A DNA stretch of 60,578 bases, the filler included, from Perkinsus olseni (Eukaryota): assembly GCA_013115125.1 (NCBI GenBank). It is 9 parts of 9 records of this genome, joined end to end, with 100 filler letters (N's around TTAATTAATTAA, not from the genome) between each part and the next. Parts side by side here need not be neighbours in the genome. Positions count along the whole stretch, not along the records: positions 20,312 to 26,960 come from JABANN010001078.1; positions 27,061 to 33,704 come from JABANN010001079.1; positions 33,805 to 40,436 come from JABANN010001080.1; 6 more parts are not named here. One strand, given 5' to 3'. The position numbers and the translations under genes were made by a program. Below, in pieces: positions 23,501 through 35,020 of this stretch (position 1 is the first letter of the stretch; each line of letters starts with the position of its first letter). The notes under the pieces were generated by a model. The model saw only the letters and a list, made by a program, of their open reading frames with translations. It was not told the DNA's origin and searched no databases.

Positions 23501-24215
23501 TATGGACATCTCGGCTGCCTTCAATCAGATATTGTGGACCCCACGCAGCTCTGCGTTATGTGCTACGGTGCTGCAGCGCCCACGTGGTACCGGCGATCAC
23601 GACGGGGTACCTATATTAGTGGTATGGGCTTCGATGGCCTTCGGGCTAAGCAACAGCCCATGTGGGCTGGAGGTCGCAACGGCTGGAGTCGAACTTGAGT
23701 CCCTGCAGCTGGGCTCTGCTCTCTCAGTTCCCAGTGAATATGTCAACACTCACTCCTGTGCAAGGCCAGACTTCTACTCTGATACTACTTTCAACTACTG
23801 TCGCCCTATAATCGACGCCGCCTTCGACTGCTCTCCAGTCTCCTTCGATCTCTTGTACCAGGGTCTGCTGTGGGAGCCATGTTGGGAGGACTACGTTGAT
23901 GATTGGCAAATCGCCGGAGACCATGTTTGCCAAGTTCAGTGGAACAAGGACCTGAGGCTCGGTGTCGCAGGTCACAGAGGCTTCACTTTCTCGGATGCGA
24001 AGCAATTTAGCACGTGGTCTCTTGGTGAACCAGATTCTCATTCTGTTCTCGGTTACCGTGTTACCTGTGATGACCATCTCCTACCAATATTGGACATAGA
24101 GGAGCTCTCCTTGGGGGCCTCTAAGCGTGAGGTAAGCAAGGTCCTTTCCAGCCTCTATGATCCACTGGGTAGATATCTCGAGTATTCCATGTGGGGACGG
24201 TCTCTGTGGCAGTAG
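20559..24215 (+). CDS. Gag-protease-reverse transcriptase polyprotein
   Basis: CRRCYQQGHFATAC, CRCGASTHTQDQC, LWDTGASGTFI, TTPCRIVYDA, DISAAFNQI, FGLSNSP, YVDD, KREVSKVLSSLYDPLG (BEL-type). Confidence 0.9.
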   Translation: MSEQHPELDPTGQLPLQETSHAQETSGLRRSYRLAGRPTRLYSLSATRRRSHNPRKLKVLPTVVYPPAGTPGAGPLPMVGAAAQDSNGTATDLLDIDQLPPVRSLPRPTAASSLPRPTTATFLPGPSSHHLGFEGTAPSMEPLYKVTKAAVKSEDYIPDQEWRQLTRTSEHLAEEWRKAGHKAFDDSPRTGPISTTLRTWEMFCYSKWASPTDVSSVRAFMEAAISAKISDEIKKAFGRQIISSNNLRSRAFYDYFYSFAISYLNDNYTDSVYVTSVLQRILNLSQGASSLSDHLQAAEELIEELKFCASSRVVQLDIDHLSNSLMMSLGEPFRGWYYEELKVAVREGSFGSLDSIVDVCKVIKRRSRTLGPERPYSYPTSSSSSSKVPTSAAQVSSVGLNPGECVTVLDGQGGATSRDTVPNKSAKQNNQRPKGCRRCYQQGHFATACTADSPQNLHKRCRCGASTHTQDQCKLPVADLKCERCGNSTSLADQKPHRSGVCPYSLDQIKDVKGKAPSPDESQLAHIDGIDPQSLPNLEICTLELSTGSSGGTSSLSSSSLSTERLPSSPSVVTPPSSSAVNALLTGVCSASTGDRVAQPCTPIIVGLPSSSLSTVTALALWDTGASGTFIRSDVLEKLANKAGLQFKRPSTPSTPVCATLADSQSQIKLLGVCSITLASPKAATTVQAYVTDQLSYPVVIGVPTLFALKARLDFGNDGIVKITTGCSDAVDTSTSTADSRAEPISASCVHLVAGSGKLEEDTRLWETFTPIKGELSCAHLRLDVGQRRSEFADALPCGDNLRPCPHDKVVEQRSPARTVQLDITREGRYVVDFLPQGIEEAAGLGWKTTVTRAARSLRGRTTDELSQIGSAIDKLLTSGYVGHMPLRFTGRVPPRSVFHNLYAHSPLIRTTHLAYDSYYDRCLPTFVPSQYVFKGSSSTTPCRIVYDARWSNRMLSPPSTTRWNLMSFLITTSSKPCIHYMDISAAFNQILWTPRSSALCATVLQRPRGTGDHDGVPILVVWASMAFGLSNSPCGLEVATAGVELESLQLGSALSVPSEYVNTHSCARPDFYSDTTFNYCRPIIDAAFDCSPVSFDLLYQGLLWEPCWEDYVDDWQIAGDHVCQVQWNKDLRLGVAGHRGFTFSDAKQFSTWSLGEPDSHSVLGYRVTCDDHLLPILDIEELSLGASKREVSKVLSSLYDPLGRYLEYSMWGRSLWQ

Positions 24216-26490
24216 ATTGCTTACTGGAGGGTCCTCCTGTCCCATATCCCCAAAACTTCTCGGCCGTGGCGGACTCTTCCCGAACGGCAAGAACTACTCA
24301 TCTACCTCTGACTCTCTCATAGCCTCACGTGTTGGTACAACTCCGAGGAAAGAGTTACATGCCCTCTTGAAGGGCAGTGAAGAAGCTGTTCGTCTCGATC
24401 GTACTTGCTCGTTGGGCGACTCCACCATGTTCATCATCTGTACTGACAGCTTGATCAATCTTCAAAGGCTCAGGTGGCTTGGTTCGATGTCAGAGGAGAC
24501 GGCCCGTCTCAAGGTTCGCAAGGAAGGCCGTAAACGACAGCTCTCTGAACATGATTTGAGAAGACTGGTACAAGTGAGGGCACTCCTGCTAAGCCTTTGC
24601 GCCCCGGTAACGGTGGTCCACGTGCCATCATCCCTTAACGTGGCTGACGCCGCATCGCGTTGCCTGCGCAATTGCGATGTGGATTTCGCTGAGCTCAACG
24701 CCCTGCTGGATAATATTCATCTACGTCCCTACTACATACCCGTGAGCGTCTCGACTTTCGATGACATTACCCAGGCCTATCCAGAAGAAGCCGAAGAACC
24801 GGTGGTTGATGATGTCGCCTGCATTCTACAAGGTCTTACGGATGAAGAAGTACCCTTATGTACTCTCACTCCTCAGCCTGGCCAGATGCCTGTCCCTCTT
24901 CCTGAATGTGACGAGCTCCCTAAGCTGACTGACGACGATAAGGCAAACCTCGACGAGATCATTCGGGACTCCATACAGCAGGATGGTGAGATGTCTGCGG
25001 TCTTCGCCTTCCTCACTAAGCACAAGCATACAGGTCACCTTTCACCGGACCGTGTCAGGCGATTGTCTAACTCTTATCTTGTCGAAGACGGTAAGCTGTA
25101 TCGTCATGTGCTACAACGTCCAGATGGTACTGTCGTGCATCAGCGCGTCGTCGGGCGGGGAGCCCGAGACCTGCAACATAAAATTATTTTTGACCTTCAC
25201 ATACGCAACTCTCACCTTGGCTCTCGAGGATTGACACGGCTGGTTCAAGAAACCTACTATTGGACTGGTCTCGAGAAGGTCGTCAGGGATGCTCTGACAA
25301 GGTGCCGTCCGTGTCTCAGAACACGCTCCCTTCGTTGCTTCAATAGTTCTGCTGGCGTCAAGCATGTCGAGAACCTACTGCCGGGCCAAGTACTAGGCGT
25401 CGACTTATATCTCCCTCAAGTTCACACTCCGAACACCGCCGGCCGTGGCTCTTCGAAGCGTGGTGATGTTTCTGCCTGCTTGGTCTTAACTGATATGGTA
25501 TCCGGCTTCCTGACATGCCAAGTCTTGACTGGCAGTGTCACCAGTAGTACCATCATATCCGCTCTGTCATCATGTTTCAGTAACACCATCAGGCCTGCCA
25601 TCCTGATGCACGATAATGCCAAGGTGTTTCTCTCGAGAGTGGTATCTGATTGGCTCTCCTCAAGGGGAGTGCAGCAACTGGCTGCACCATTGTATGCTCC
25701 AGAACTATGCTTCTGGGAACGCTCCCATCGGGAACTTACCCAATCCGTCAAGGCTGTTGTCAACGACGCCTCCTGTAACAAGTTATGGTGGCAGGCTGTG
25801 GTCGAGGCTTGTGATACTCTGAACGACGTTCCCATAGACCAGCACCTGTGGGTCTCACCGCGCATGCTGATGTTCCCTCATTATAATCCTCAAGCCTTTT
25901 ACGACCAGAAGAATGCCTCAGTGGAGTCTCTACACTCTCGCCTGGTTCCGGTAGATGATTCTCGATCTGCACAGCGACTTCGTGAAACTGCTACCATTTC
26001 ACATCGTGCGTCGGTGTTGGAGTATCTACGACACTGGCAAGACCAACGAGAACGTTCTCGCTGTCGAGTTCTTTACGGCGCACGTAATGGGAAACAATTC
26101 AACCTTCCGGTTGGCAGCAGCGTCTATCACTATGTTACCTCTGGCAGTAAGCTGCAAGGTAGGATGAAGGGCCCGTTCCGAGTAGCTGCGGCGGCAGATG
26201 GGGCGACCGTGTTATTACAAGGCTTCAATGGACAGTGCTTCAAAGCCTGGGTCACCAACGTGGTTCCCATCCCTCCGTGGCCGTCCTCGGATGCTGAAGG
26301 ACAACCCCTCGGCGAAGATCATCACCATAATGCTACCGGTGTCGAAACTGCTCAAGGATGTCAGCAAGTGGTAGAACCTCAGGCAGGCATCCAAGCTCCG
26401 GTTCCTTCCAGTCAGTACCTCAGTCGGCTGCCCTTCGAATGGAATCTGGACGATCTTCCACCTTTGCTGGTCCTTCCACCGCCTAAGTAG
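24157..26490 (+). CDS. RNase H (partial) and integrase, frameshifted continuation of pol
   Basis: TTPRKELHALL, CTDSLINL, HVPSSLNVADAASR; HHCC zinc finger (HIRNSH...CRPC); GVDL, HDNAKVF, FWERSH. Confidence 0.88.
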   Translation: MIHWVDISSIPCGDGLCGSRLLTGGSSCPISPKLLGRGGLFPNGKNYSSTSDSLIASRVGTTPRKELHALLKGSEEAVRLDRTCSLGDSTMFIICTDSLINLQRLRWLGSMSEETARLKVRKEGRKRQLSEHDLRRLVQVRALLLSLCAPVTVVHVPSSLNVADAASRCLRNCDVDFAELNALLDNIHLRPYYIPVSVSTFDDITQAYPEEAEEPVVDDVACILQGLTDEEVPLCTLTPQPGQMPVPLPECDELPKLTDDDKANLDEIIRDSIQQDGEMSAVFAFLTKHKHTGHLSPDRVRRLSNSYLVEDGKLYRHVLQRPDGTVVHQRVVGRGARDLQHKIIFDLHIRNSHLGSRGLTRLVQETYYWTGLEKVVRDALTRCRPCLRTRSLRCFNSSAGVKHVENLLPGQVLGVDLYLPQVHTPNTAGRGSSKRGDVSACLVLTDMVSGFLTCQVLTGSVTSSTIISALSSCFSNTIRPAILMHDNAKVFLSRVVSDWLSSRGVQQLAAPLYAPELCFWERSHRELTQSVKAVVNDASCNKLWWQAVVEACDTLNDVPIDQHLWVSPRMLMFPHYNPQAFYDQKNASVESLHSRLVPVDDSRSAQRLRETATISHRASVLEYLRHWQDQRERSRCRVLYGARNGKQFNLPVGSSVYHYVTSGSKLQGRMKGPFRVAAAADGATVLLQGFNGQCFKAWVTNVVPIPPWPSSDAEGQPLGEDHHHNATGVETAQGCQQVVEPQAGIQAPVPSSQYLSRLPFEWNLDDLPPLLVLPPPK

Positions 26491-26722
26491 CCTCGTTGAT
26501 GCTCCCAATCTCTCTAAAGCTAAGAGTGATGAAAATAATTATCTATATTACGTTTTTTATGTCATTATCGTCTCCGTATTGGTCTCATTCATTTCATCGC
26601 ATATACCCTCTGCAAGTTCTTTCAGTCGTTCCGGTTGTCGCCGGGAGAATTCAGTGATGACTGATACTGAGAAATCATAAGTGCGCAAGATGCTCAGACA
26701 TTCTGTGTCGAAATTCGTCTCC

Positions 26723-26884
26723 ATTGTGTATTGGTGTCTCAAGCTAAGCTCGCAGGCTGAGCCACTGCTCGACGGCTACAGTCGTATCTGGTAATCTGTA
26801 TTATCTGATCTAAAGCATCCGCTCGGTTGCGTTCTGCCCTAGTTTATCGTTGTTCTCGGCCGCGCTCCTCAAGATCAACGAATT
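26723..26884 (+). repeat. 3' terminal direct repeat (LTR-like)
   Basis: Identical to 20385-20546. Confidence 0.9.
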
Positions 26885-28388
26885 GGCGTGTGAGAACTGA
26901 GTCATCGCGCTTGCTCTCTTGCTCCCTTGCAGTGATCTCACTGTTCTCAGTATCACTCAANNNNNNNNNNNNNNNNNNNNNNNNNNNNNNNNNNNNNNNN
27001 NNNNTTAATTAATTAANNNNNNNNNNNNNNNNNNNNNNNNNNNNNNNNNNNNNNNNNNNNGGCCCCTCTTTACTTGGCCTCCCGACTCCCTATGTCGAGT
27101 TCCGAAGTTAGAACTGAGGAGAGACGACTACACATGTACAACACGGCGATATGTACAACTGGGGTCCCTAGGAACTGAGGCCCAGTTGATATCTACTTTC
27201 GTTCGACTACCGACGAATCATGAGTCATGATCAAAAGTTTTGATTCAAAACCATTAAGAGAAGAGAGGATTGATAGACTACCATATCACAACCACGTTAC
27301 GATCATCGTTGAACGATGTGTCTTCGTGATGCAACCGGTGCTAATCTACGATGTTCACTAAGTTCAGACTATCGCTCATTCAGCTGTAAGTTGTGATGCC
27401 AAATCGATCTCAAACAGCGAAGATGGTGTTGAGTTGCCTTAGATGCATGTATACAAAAGCAAAAGAGAAGTATGCGTCCCCGAGAGATGTCGTTGAACCA
27501 TTGGCTTGCACCAGGTGGTTCCTTTTTGACTCCCTGTTATCCCGAGGCGGACCATCAACGATTCTGCTCTTGAATCGTCTCCTCACTCTCGCCCTTGCGG
27601 AAAGATGCGTCCATGCCCACTACAACGTGTTTTCAGCCCAGCGGAAGGCTCTCGGGTTGCCACCCTTCCCCGCATTGAGACTATCAACGTCAGGAGACAG
27701 CGAAACTAACAGCGAAAGCAGATTCATTCATTTATTTAACAGCGGAAGATAGCGAAAGATAACGGGATAACGGTCTTAGACTTAGACTCTAAGTCGAGGA
27801 CGACAATAAAGCCGAGTGTCCTCGGCGAGCTTCGCCGTTAAACGAGAGCCTCATTCCTGATAAAAATCAATCGTGTTAATGAGGGAGCTCTCTCGTGCCC
27901 TCAGAACCCCCCTCCACGGCTCAACTTCCAGCGGCGATGATTCCTCCGTCCGCCGGTGGACTTCAATGGAATGCTTTCCTCGGAACAGTAAGACTGCGAA
28001 TGGTGATGCGCCCCGAACCCCATCGGAACGATTCCTCCATTCGAACCTAATCTTTTGAATAGATTCTATTTATCATGATTGTGCGGGCTGCTGCTCTGCT
28101 CAGAGCATTGGCATGGCGGGCTGAGCTAAGCACACGCGTGCTTCGGGAAGGCTCTCTCTCGAGCCAAAAGGCACTGCGAGACGCACATCTAAATGGCGGT
28201 AGATGGGGTCCTTCAGGGATCAAATTGGTTCCGAGAACCACACCTGGGCTTTGAGGAGTAATGAATCATTACTAATGAGTTATTTTGGGATTATTATTGG
28301 GCGGCTTGGTTTTCGCATTGTGTTGAGTGATTCCAGTGAGTTCTGGAAGATAAAGTTCGAGCCGCCCATTGTCCCTGAGTCTCCTCAC

Positions 28389-29098
28389 ATGCAATTCATC
28401 ATCTTCTGGATCCTGTGATCCATGTGCCTGAATAGCACCGTTGTGGACGTGGAGAAGAGACGGTCACTAGAGGGAAACTTGTGAGTGAGAACACGATTCA
28501 TACGATCGAGAAATCCTCTGCATATCCTTTTCAGCAATATGGTTGGTCTAGTTGATGCTTCTCCCTCTGAGGCGAACCTGAGAGCTTTATCAAATCACAA
28601 AGGTTCTTCCTTCGGTGCTTCTGGAGCCAGGCTCGGGGATCGCATGACCTGCTTACTCAGAGGGACGTATGTACGAGGTACCGACCAGCGACTGCAAAGG
28701 CGGATGTGGTTGCCGGACTGACAGCCAGATCGTCCTCTATGTGAGCATGAGACTCGTCAATTTCTTCTACTCACAGTTTTTCTTGTCGGCTATTCCTACT
28801 TTCACTAATGTTTCTGTCAGGGTGAACATGGTGAAGTGAGCGCCGCTGTGTGTGCACAGATCTGTAATACGACCGACGATTGCCCCCCGCCTCAAGAGGC
28901 TTGGGATGGAGTACTGGGATGCGCTCCCTTCGGACGCTGCTACCTCAAATGCGGATCACAATGGGTGAGTAGACGACTAATTGAGGCTTCAGGATGGAAA
29001 GGGAAGCGTTTAATCGTCTTCAGAGCTGTCTGACTGGGGGCTCCTGCATCTCTGTTCCAGCCTTCGAGGACAAAGCCTGTATGTACTGGTTGCATTAG
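28389..29098 (+). pseudogene. Multi-exon secreted Cys-rich gene with premature TGA at 28416-28418
   Basis: Exons MQFIIFWIL*SMCL, DCKGGCGCRTDSQIVLY|, VCAQICNTTDDC...CYLKCGSQW|, CLTGGSCISVPAFEDKACMY; paralog has TGC (Cys) at the TGA position. Confidence 0.65.
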
Positions 29099-30759
29099 TA
29101 CTGTCCTGTGTCATAGCGACCCGCAAATGATTTGCGGCAAATCGAAAAGGCCTCCGTTAGTCTTGATTCCGTATCACGGTGACACTGTCGCCCAATTCTG
29201 ATAATGCGGCAGCCGCATAGCGGCTTTCTAATGCCGTATTATATCGGCTGAAGCCACTCCGATCCTGCCGAAGTCGCGAAGTTCACAAGTTACGAAGCCA
29301 CAAATGAGCTCAAAAGAACTCAAGGTAAGGCTAAGGTTGAGAAGAAAGTAAGGCTGCCTGCTGGCTTGCTTCCATTTATAACCATGCAAATTTCCCACGA
29401 TGATGAGATTCGATTCCTATTTGTGGTTCCTTTCTTGCCGTCAACTGTGCTGTGCACATAAGTTGCATTCATATGTTCTGCGGCTCCGCCCCTACAGTAT
29501 CGCATTTTTTGCACTGTGGGCCACAGTCTGTGGCATATAAACCGAGAATGAGGGGTCGCTGGATTATTTTTGATACTGGTGGACGCAGTATGTTAGCAGG
29601 ATTCTGCGTCGGCCACTCATCGTCCTCACCGAACACAGCAACCTTCTCCTTTTGGGTTTACAGATTCCCTTCTGTTCTGAGTTAACAGTATAATCAGCGT
29701 TACAGCGGAGGGTTCAATCGCTCGATTGAAATCGTGAGTTAAGTCACAGCGAGCAATTCTAGTAAGGTAACAAGAAAGTTTTTACATCATGCAGTACATG
29801 CTACTTTAGCACTGCTACATTTAGCCACGTCTGACTGTATGAAGGGCTCCGACGGCTAGCATGGCAATGAACTGAGGTGTCTTCAGCCTTCTGCTGCTGC
29901 TGCTGCTGCTGCTCTTCTCGCTTCTGGTTTCTGAAGGAAGGGGAACAGCCAAAGTTATTTATCTGGCGCCGAAACGAGCACCTAGGAACTTCATGAGGAC
30001 CTTCAGCGGGACATTAGAGTGCTTGCGCCTCTCCTGGAGAGGCTCTCCAAGTCCATGGTCGGTTTTGCAAGGTTGCCCCGCCAAGCACTAAAGGATCGTT
30101 GCCGGATGTGTTCGATATGATATGGCTTAGCCATACTGTGTCACCGCGACACGTGTCTTGTCTCGCGTGACACGTTCAGCGACGCGCTCAACAAGTGTTG
30201 TGGGTGCAGATCTTCGAATGTACTCGGCTGGCTGAGTATGTCCCGTTTTTTCCAGAAGAGCTTTTTCAAGTCCCGAGAAGAGGTCAGACCTTCGCAGTCC
30301 TTTTATAGTATATGACGACAGCGCAGTAGGTATATTAAGTATATACCTTATGAGCCCAATACCAATCGTATGGGCAAGCGAGAGGCTCAGGCCGTGCTGA
30401 GAAGCAAAGAAGAGAGTCAAGTGCATTGTTACAAAATGTAACTTACACTACTTCTGTCCCATGGTAGTAGTCTTGGCTTATTCTGGCACGAGACATCCAC
30501 TTGTTGAGTTTCCCCTAAATGTTATTCATCGGATAATCCAGGTCAGTCCCGAGACACGAGCCATTGTGGCTTGCTAAGCGCGTCACGCGACCTGCAACGA
30601 TATCTGTATGCGCATTCCCGACTGTGGGGGCAGCTTGCAACTCGCTAAGCGAGTCTCGCTTGCACGACCGAAATTTCATTGCTTCCGAGAGGAAAAAAAT
30701 GTTATTCGTATCACTCTAATAACACTGTCATTAGAGGATCTTCGCTTCATAGACACCAT

Positions 30760-31485
30760 CACGGTCAGAATCCTGTGCTCCATGTGTCTGAGTGGCCTCA
30801 AGATTCAAGAGTCCTCCAAGAAAAAAACCGCAAGTGGATTCGGGTTTGGTCCTATCGTGAAATCATTATATTCCCTGCTCAGTTTTCAGCCCGCTCAGCT
30901 GGTTTCTCGACCCACCAACGTCAGCTCGGTCGAACTAAATGCGGGTAGAGATTTCCTCCTTCAAGGCACGTAGTTCGGGGCATGTAGTTCGCCTCATTCA
31001 GGTGGGGCGCCAGGAGGAGGCTCCTACCGGAAGCCTCTCGACCACCGCAAGGACGGATGCGAATGCAATACTGAGGAGTACATCATCGGCTATGTGAGCA
31101 AACATCGTTTCTGATCGGAAATTTACCGGCTGGAAGTCTTCCAGTGGAAGAGCTCAGTTAGCATGCCTCGCAGGGGCAAACTCTGCGACTCTGTGAACTC
31201 ACTCGCCGTGTCTCTTCAGAATGACAAACATGAAATCGCTTATGGTGTGTGCGCAGACGCCTGTGCCATAGCCTCAGAATGCGATTCATTCGGCACTGCG
31301 ACAGTAGCTTGCAAATTGAGTCATTGCTACATCAAGTGCAGATGGTCACATGTAAGTAGACACTCGGCGATACTGAGTGCGGTGTGTACCAGGTACACTG
31401 TACCTACCTTCAGAATTGCCTGAGTGGAGGGATTTGTGCGGATCTCCCTGCGTTCGAGGACGGTGCGTGTATGTCCGAGCTTTAG
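30760..31485 (+). CDS. Paralogous multi-exon Cys-rich gene (start uncertain)
   Basis: Exons ILCSMCL, KDGCECNTEEYIIGY|, VCADACAIASEC...CYIKCRWSH|, CLSGGICADLPAFEDGACMSEL; matching intron positions with 28389-29098. Confidence 0.6.
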
Positions 31486-33429
31486 CTTGCTGTCACCTGA
31501 AGATCCCTGGGAATCTTCACTTCAAGATCTCGCATCAATCTTCAATTTCATATTTAGTATGTGCAAACTCTGAAGAATCTTCACTGGATATACTGGAGTT
31601 TTTATCACTGCATGTAGCCTTGAAGCTCCTGACGAAGTTGCATAAGTCACTTTGTCCAGCTGAGCTTGTCACACAGTTACTAATGAGCGAGTTAATATCC
31701 GAGTCAGGCCATTTGTGGGGCGAGTTCGGTTCGTAGCGTCGCTGAGGTCTGAGGATTGTGTCATCACCCTCGTTTATGTATTGTGCGCTGCTTCGGCGTT
31801 ACCTATGCTGCGTACAAAGCTGCATTCATACGCACGGCCTCATCGTTCTACCATCTCACCTTGTGTAAGAGTCAGTAGCTGCAGGTGACGATAACACTGA
31901 GGTGAGAACTCTCCAACTCTATCTCGTGCAGGAGAACTTTTAAGGTTCGTAGCGACCCGAAAGATAATCCCGCCGACCGCATGTAGCTCACCCTTCTGCT
32001 CACACCGGATCGCTAGCGAATACGTAGCAACCCGGGGTTGAATCCTGAGTTCCGCGTCGGAGACGCAAAATCATGCCAACGACGCTATTGTAGATACGAC
32101 GCAGCTGCTGCGTCGTGATCACTCACTGCTGGAAGAATCGTTCCGGTCACCGGAATCTGGTGGCTATGAGGAGGGGGCCTGCAGAGGCCGCTGTTCGCAT
32201 TCGAACACTGATGGAAGCGTCCAGTCGCTACCTAGCTCACCTATGTTGAATTGGTCATTCAACTTCACACTATGGAACAATTTTGAATCAAATCTACTGA
32301 GTACTGATCTATCGTGGAAAAACAATGGTACATCCTTTCGGGAGTCGATGGTGGCCGCGATGAACCTGAAGGCAGTGAGGGCGGCAAGTGGCCCCTGATG
32401 GCCGACCTTGCTTCTTCAGAAGAAGTTCTTCTTAAACACTCACGCTAGCGGCTCACGCGTTCGGTTGCTGTTATGGAGCGCTGCCGACTGGCGCGGTGAT
32501 CGATTTGATGATGATCGATTTCAGCTATCAGCACGTGTACGCATAATTCCCCCTCACGAGGCCTTTATCAGTCCGTTACAAACTGATATCATTGGCTAAC
32601 AGTACTCTAGTGTTGCGCTGATACGGGTCACTCGCACGAGTCATAGCAGTTGCACACAGCGAATCACAACACGCCTGTAGCGATCGGTCGTACCTCGACA
32701 CGTACGACGCACCCGGCACTCCCAGACTCACCCGAGACGAGATAAATCCCGGTGAGCCGCCTGGCCAATCCTCCAACAATCGAAAGGACGGGTGTTCATC
32801 TTACTTAAATACTTTGCCTCTGCAGCAAAGCCAACGGGGAGAAGAGCCACACAAGTTGAGGCGGTGCGACGAAAACGGCTGACGGCTGCACGGGCGCTCG
32901 CACGCGTACGCGTATTCGCCTCGCGCGCGCACTGCCACGATCACCAACCACTGCCTGAAGAAGCGCCTAACGATTTGCAATCATCAAATTAGCACAGGTT
33001 ACTTCGTAAACTTCGCTACATCGCGCTGAGACAATAGAAGATCCCTTTATCATCAAATGAGGCACATAAGCATGAGCAGAGGCGCCACGACAAGACTCAT
33101 ACGACCACGGGACAGGAAGTAGCGCTCGCCAGCCCGCGCCACCAGCATCCCAGATCATTCTGTTCACTCATCGCATAGTCGTCAGCGTGCCATGACTGGA
33201 TGAGCTCGTACTGATTCTGTAGGATCTTGCGAGGCGGAGACGGATGGGTGGCCGCGCTGTTACGAAGCTTTCGTATGGTAGCAGACTGTGGTCACCTAAG
33301 CGGTGCTCAGTAAGCGCGATAGGGTCTGCACGCGTGCACATCGTCAGCTTGAGTGACCAGTTGAGGGTTACTAATAATATATCGCCTCCAGGGGATTAGC
33401 CTTTGTTCCCTCCATCTGGGAGGTAAGAA

Positions 33430-33704
33430 ATGGTGTACGCCGCTCTCACCCTCTTCCTCGTCGCTGCAACTGGGGCCGCCCTAGGACAGGCTCAGCCCTG
33501 TCCGACGACGACATCCCTTCCGCAGCCACCTTGTCCGACCACAGCACCGCAGCCCACTCCTCCTCCACCTAAACCATGTGACGACGGGGATGCTTTCTGT
33601 CGGCAGCAGACAGGAGATATGGGTTCCTACTGCAAGGCTGCCTACCGGCCGGGAGCTGGAGGAGTATGTCAAGGCTCTACTATACCTTGTACATGCGGTG
33701 GAGG
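33430..33704 (+). CDS. Secreted Pro/Thr-rich protein with Cys module (3' end in gap)
   Basis: Signal peptide, QPCPTT repeats, CDDGDAFC...SYCK...VCQGSTIPCTC. Confidence 0.75.
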
Positions 33705-33804
33705 NNNNNNNNNNNNNNNNNNNNNNNNNNNNNNNNNNNNNNNNNNNNTTAATTAATTAANNNNNNNNNNNNNNNNNNNNNNNNNNNNNNNNNNNNNNNN
33801 NNNN

Positions 33805-33850
<46 letters not shown>

Positions 33851-33899
33851 CCCCCCCCCCCCCCCCCCCCCCCCCCGCCCCCCCCCACCCCACCAAACC

Positions 33900-34433
33900 T
33901 CAACCGCAACAGTTGCGGTGCGACCTGCGGTAGTCCTCGATCACCCGAAAGTGTTCTGCTTTCTGCAGTGACGGGTCCTTCGGGCAGTCTGCCTTAGGGA
34001 TGAGAGCTACTGGAGTGATAACAGCAGACCCCGCAGAGTCCTCATCTACAAGCTCCATCCTGCCTGATAATACCTCAGATTGTAGGATCGTCGAGAGTTT
34101 GTCGGGGTGTTCCTCGGCGGACCGGTAGTTCTCAAAGACCCGGCGGCAATCGACCGGGGGGTGCTTCTTGGCCTTGGGCCAAAGTGTCGAAGGAGGCGCA
34201 GGGACGTGATGCCCCAGTGCGAACCCCTGCGCAATCTCATGTTCAAGAATCGCTCCTTCATGTGGGTACCCGCATGCCTTGAGAAGAGCGCCCAGTAGGA
34301 GAGCACGTATGGGAGACCCTGGGAAGGGAGCAGCAGGAGAGCAGTCGAGGATAGACGCTAGAGCGTCCCGCGCGTCTGCCGCGAGTCTTCCCAGCCTCTC
34401 TTGAAATTCGGCCTCACGACTGTGCTTCAGCAC
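33900..34433 (-). mobile_element. DIRS/Ngaro-like retroelement RT N-terminal fragment
   Basis: QGFALG, ENYRSAEEH, SEVLSGRM, PVALIPK, FRVIEDY pattern typical of the start of tyrosine-recombinase retrotransposon RTs; truncated at poly-C and gap. Confidence 0.65.
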
Positions 34434-35020
34434 TGAGTGAAGGGTATCGAGGATTTTTCTCCTCTCGGGTTCCGTATTCTGAGGGGGTTCCTCCCACGGT
34501 TTTGGCCCGTGCAGGCCTGCGCCACAGGTGAAGGCAGTCTGTCGCTCATCGGTCTGCTGTTTCGCAGCACTTTGCGCCGCGCTTACAAACTCAAAGATCG
34601 CAGAGTAGAAAGAAGAAGTCTTAGTGAGTGGATGTTCAGAAACGGGATGAATACACGTGCTCTCTTCCGACCGTCTTCGGGTCGAAGAGCGCCGTGCATC
34701 AACAGAGAGTCGAGTAGTAAAGGAGAATCTCCTTTACTACTTAGGACTTATCTTTCTCAGAATGAGCCATCGCTCTCGAGTTGCTTATCAAAAACGAACG
34801 CTGAATATGGGTCTCAAAATCTTCGCTCGCCCTTCTCGTGAAACGGCTGACACTTTCTTAGTAAAAATATCACCAATCGATTGCCCTTCTTTTTTAGCTA
34901 TAGTGACTAGTTCTCCGTCGTGAAATGTTCGTTAATATCCGAGTTACAACACTTTAGTCGACTTGCATATCAAACCCGAACGCACTGTAGCCACTGTTGA
35001 TGTCATCAACAGTGGTATCA

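Larger units (their letters stand above)
20385..26884 (+). mobile_element. BEL/Pao-type LTR retrotransposon
   Basis: Gag with three Cys/His knuckles, protease DTGAS, RT, RNase H and integrase in that order, between two identical 162-bp direct repeats. Confidence 0.9.

Noticed and set aside
3905-24215. TAG reassignment or readthrough suggested by three in-frame TAGs (3905, 5455, 24213)
   Set aside because: Two lie in elements that carry other lesions, and TAG ends apparently normal ORFs elsewhere (42968, 26490)
33804-33895. Poly-C tract as telomere or G-quadruplex
   Set aside because: Homopolymer at a scaffold edge, most likely a sequencing artefact
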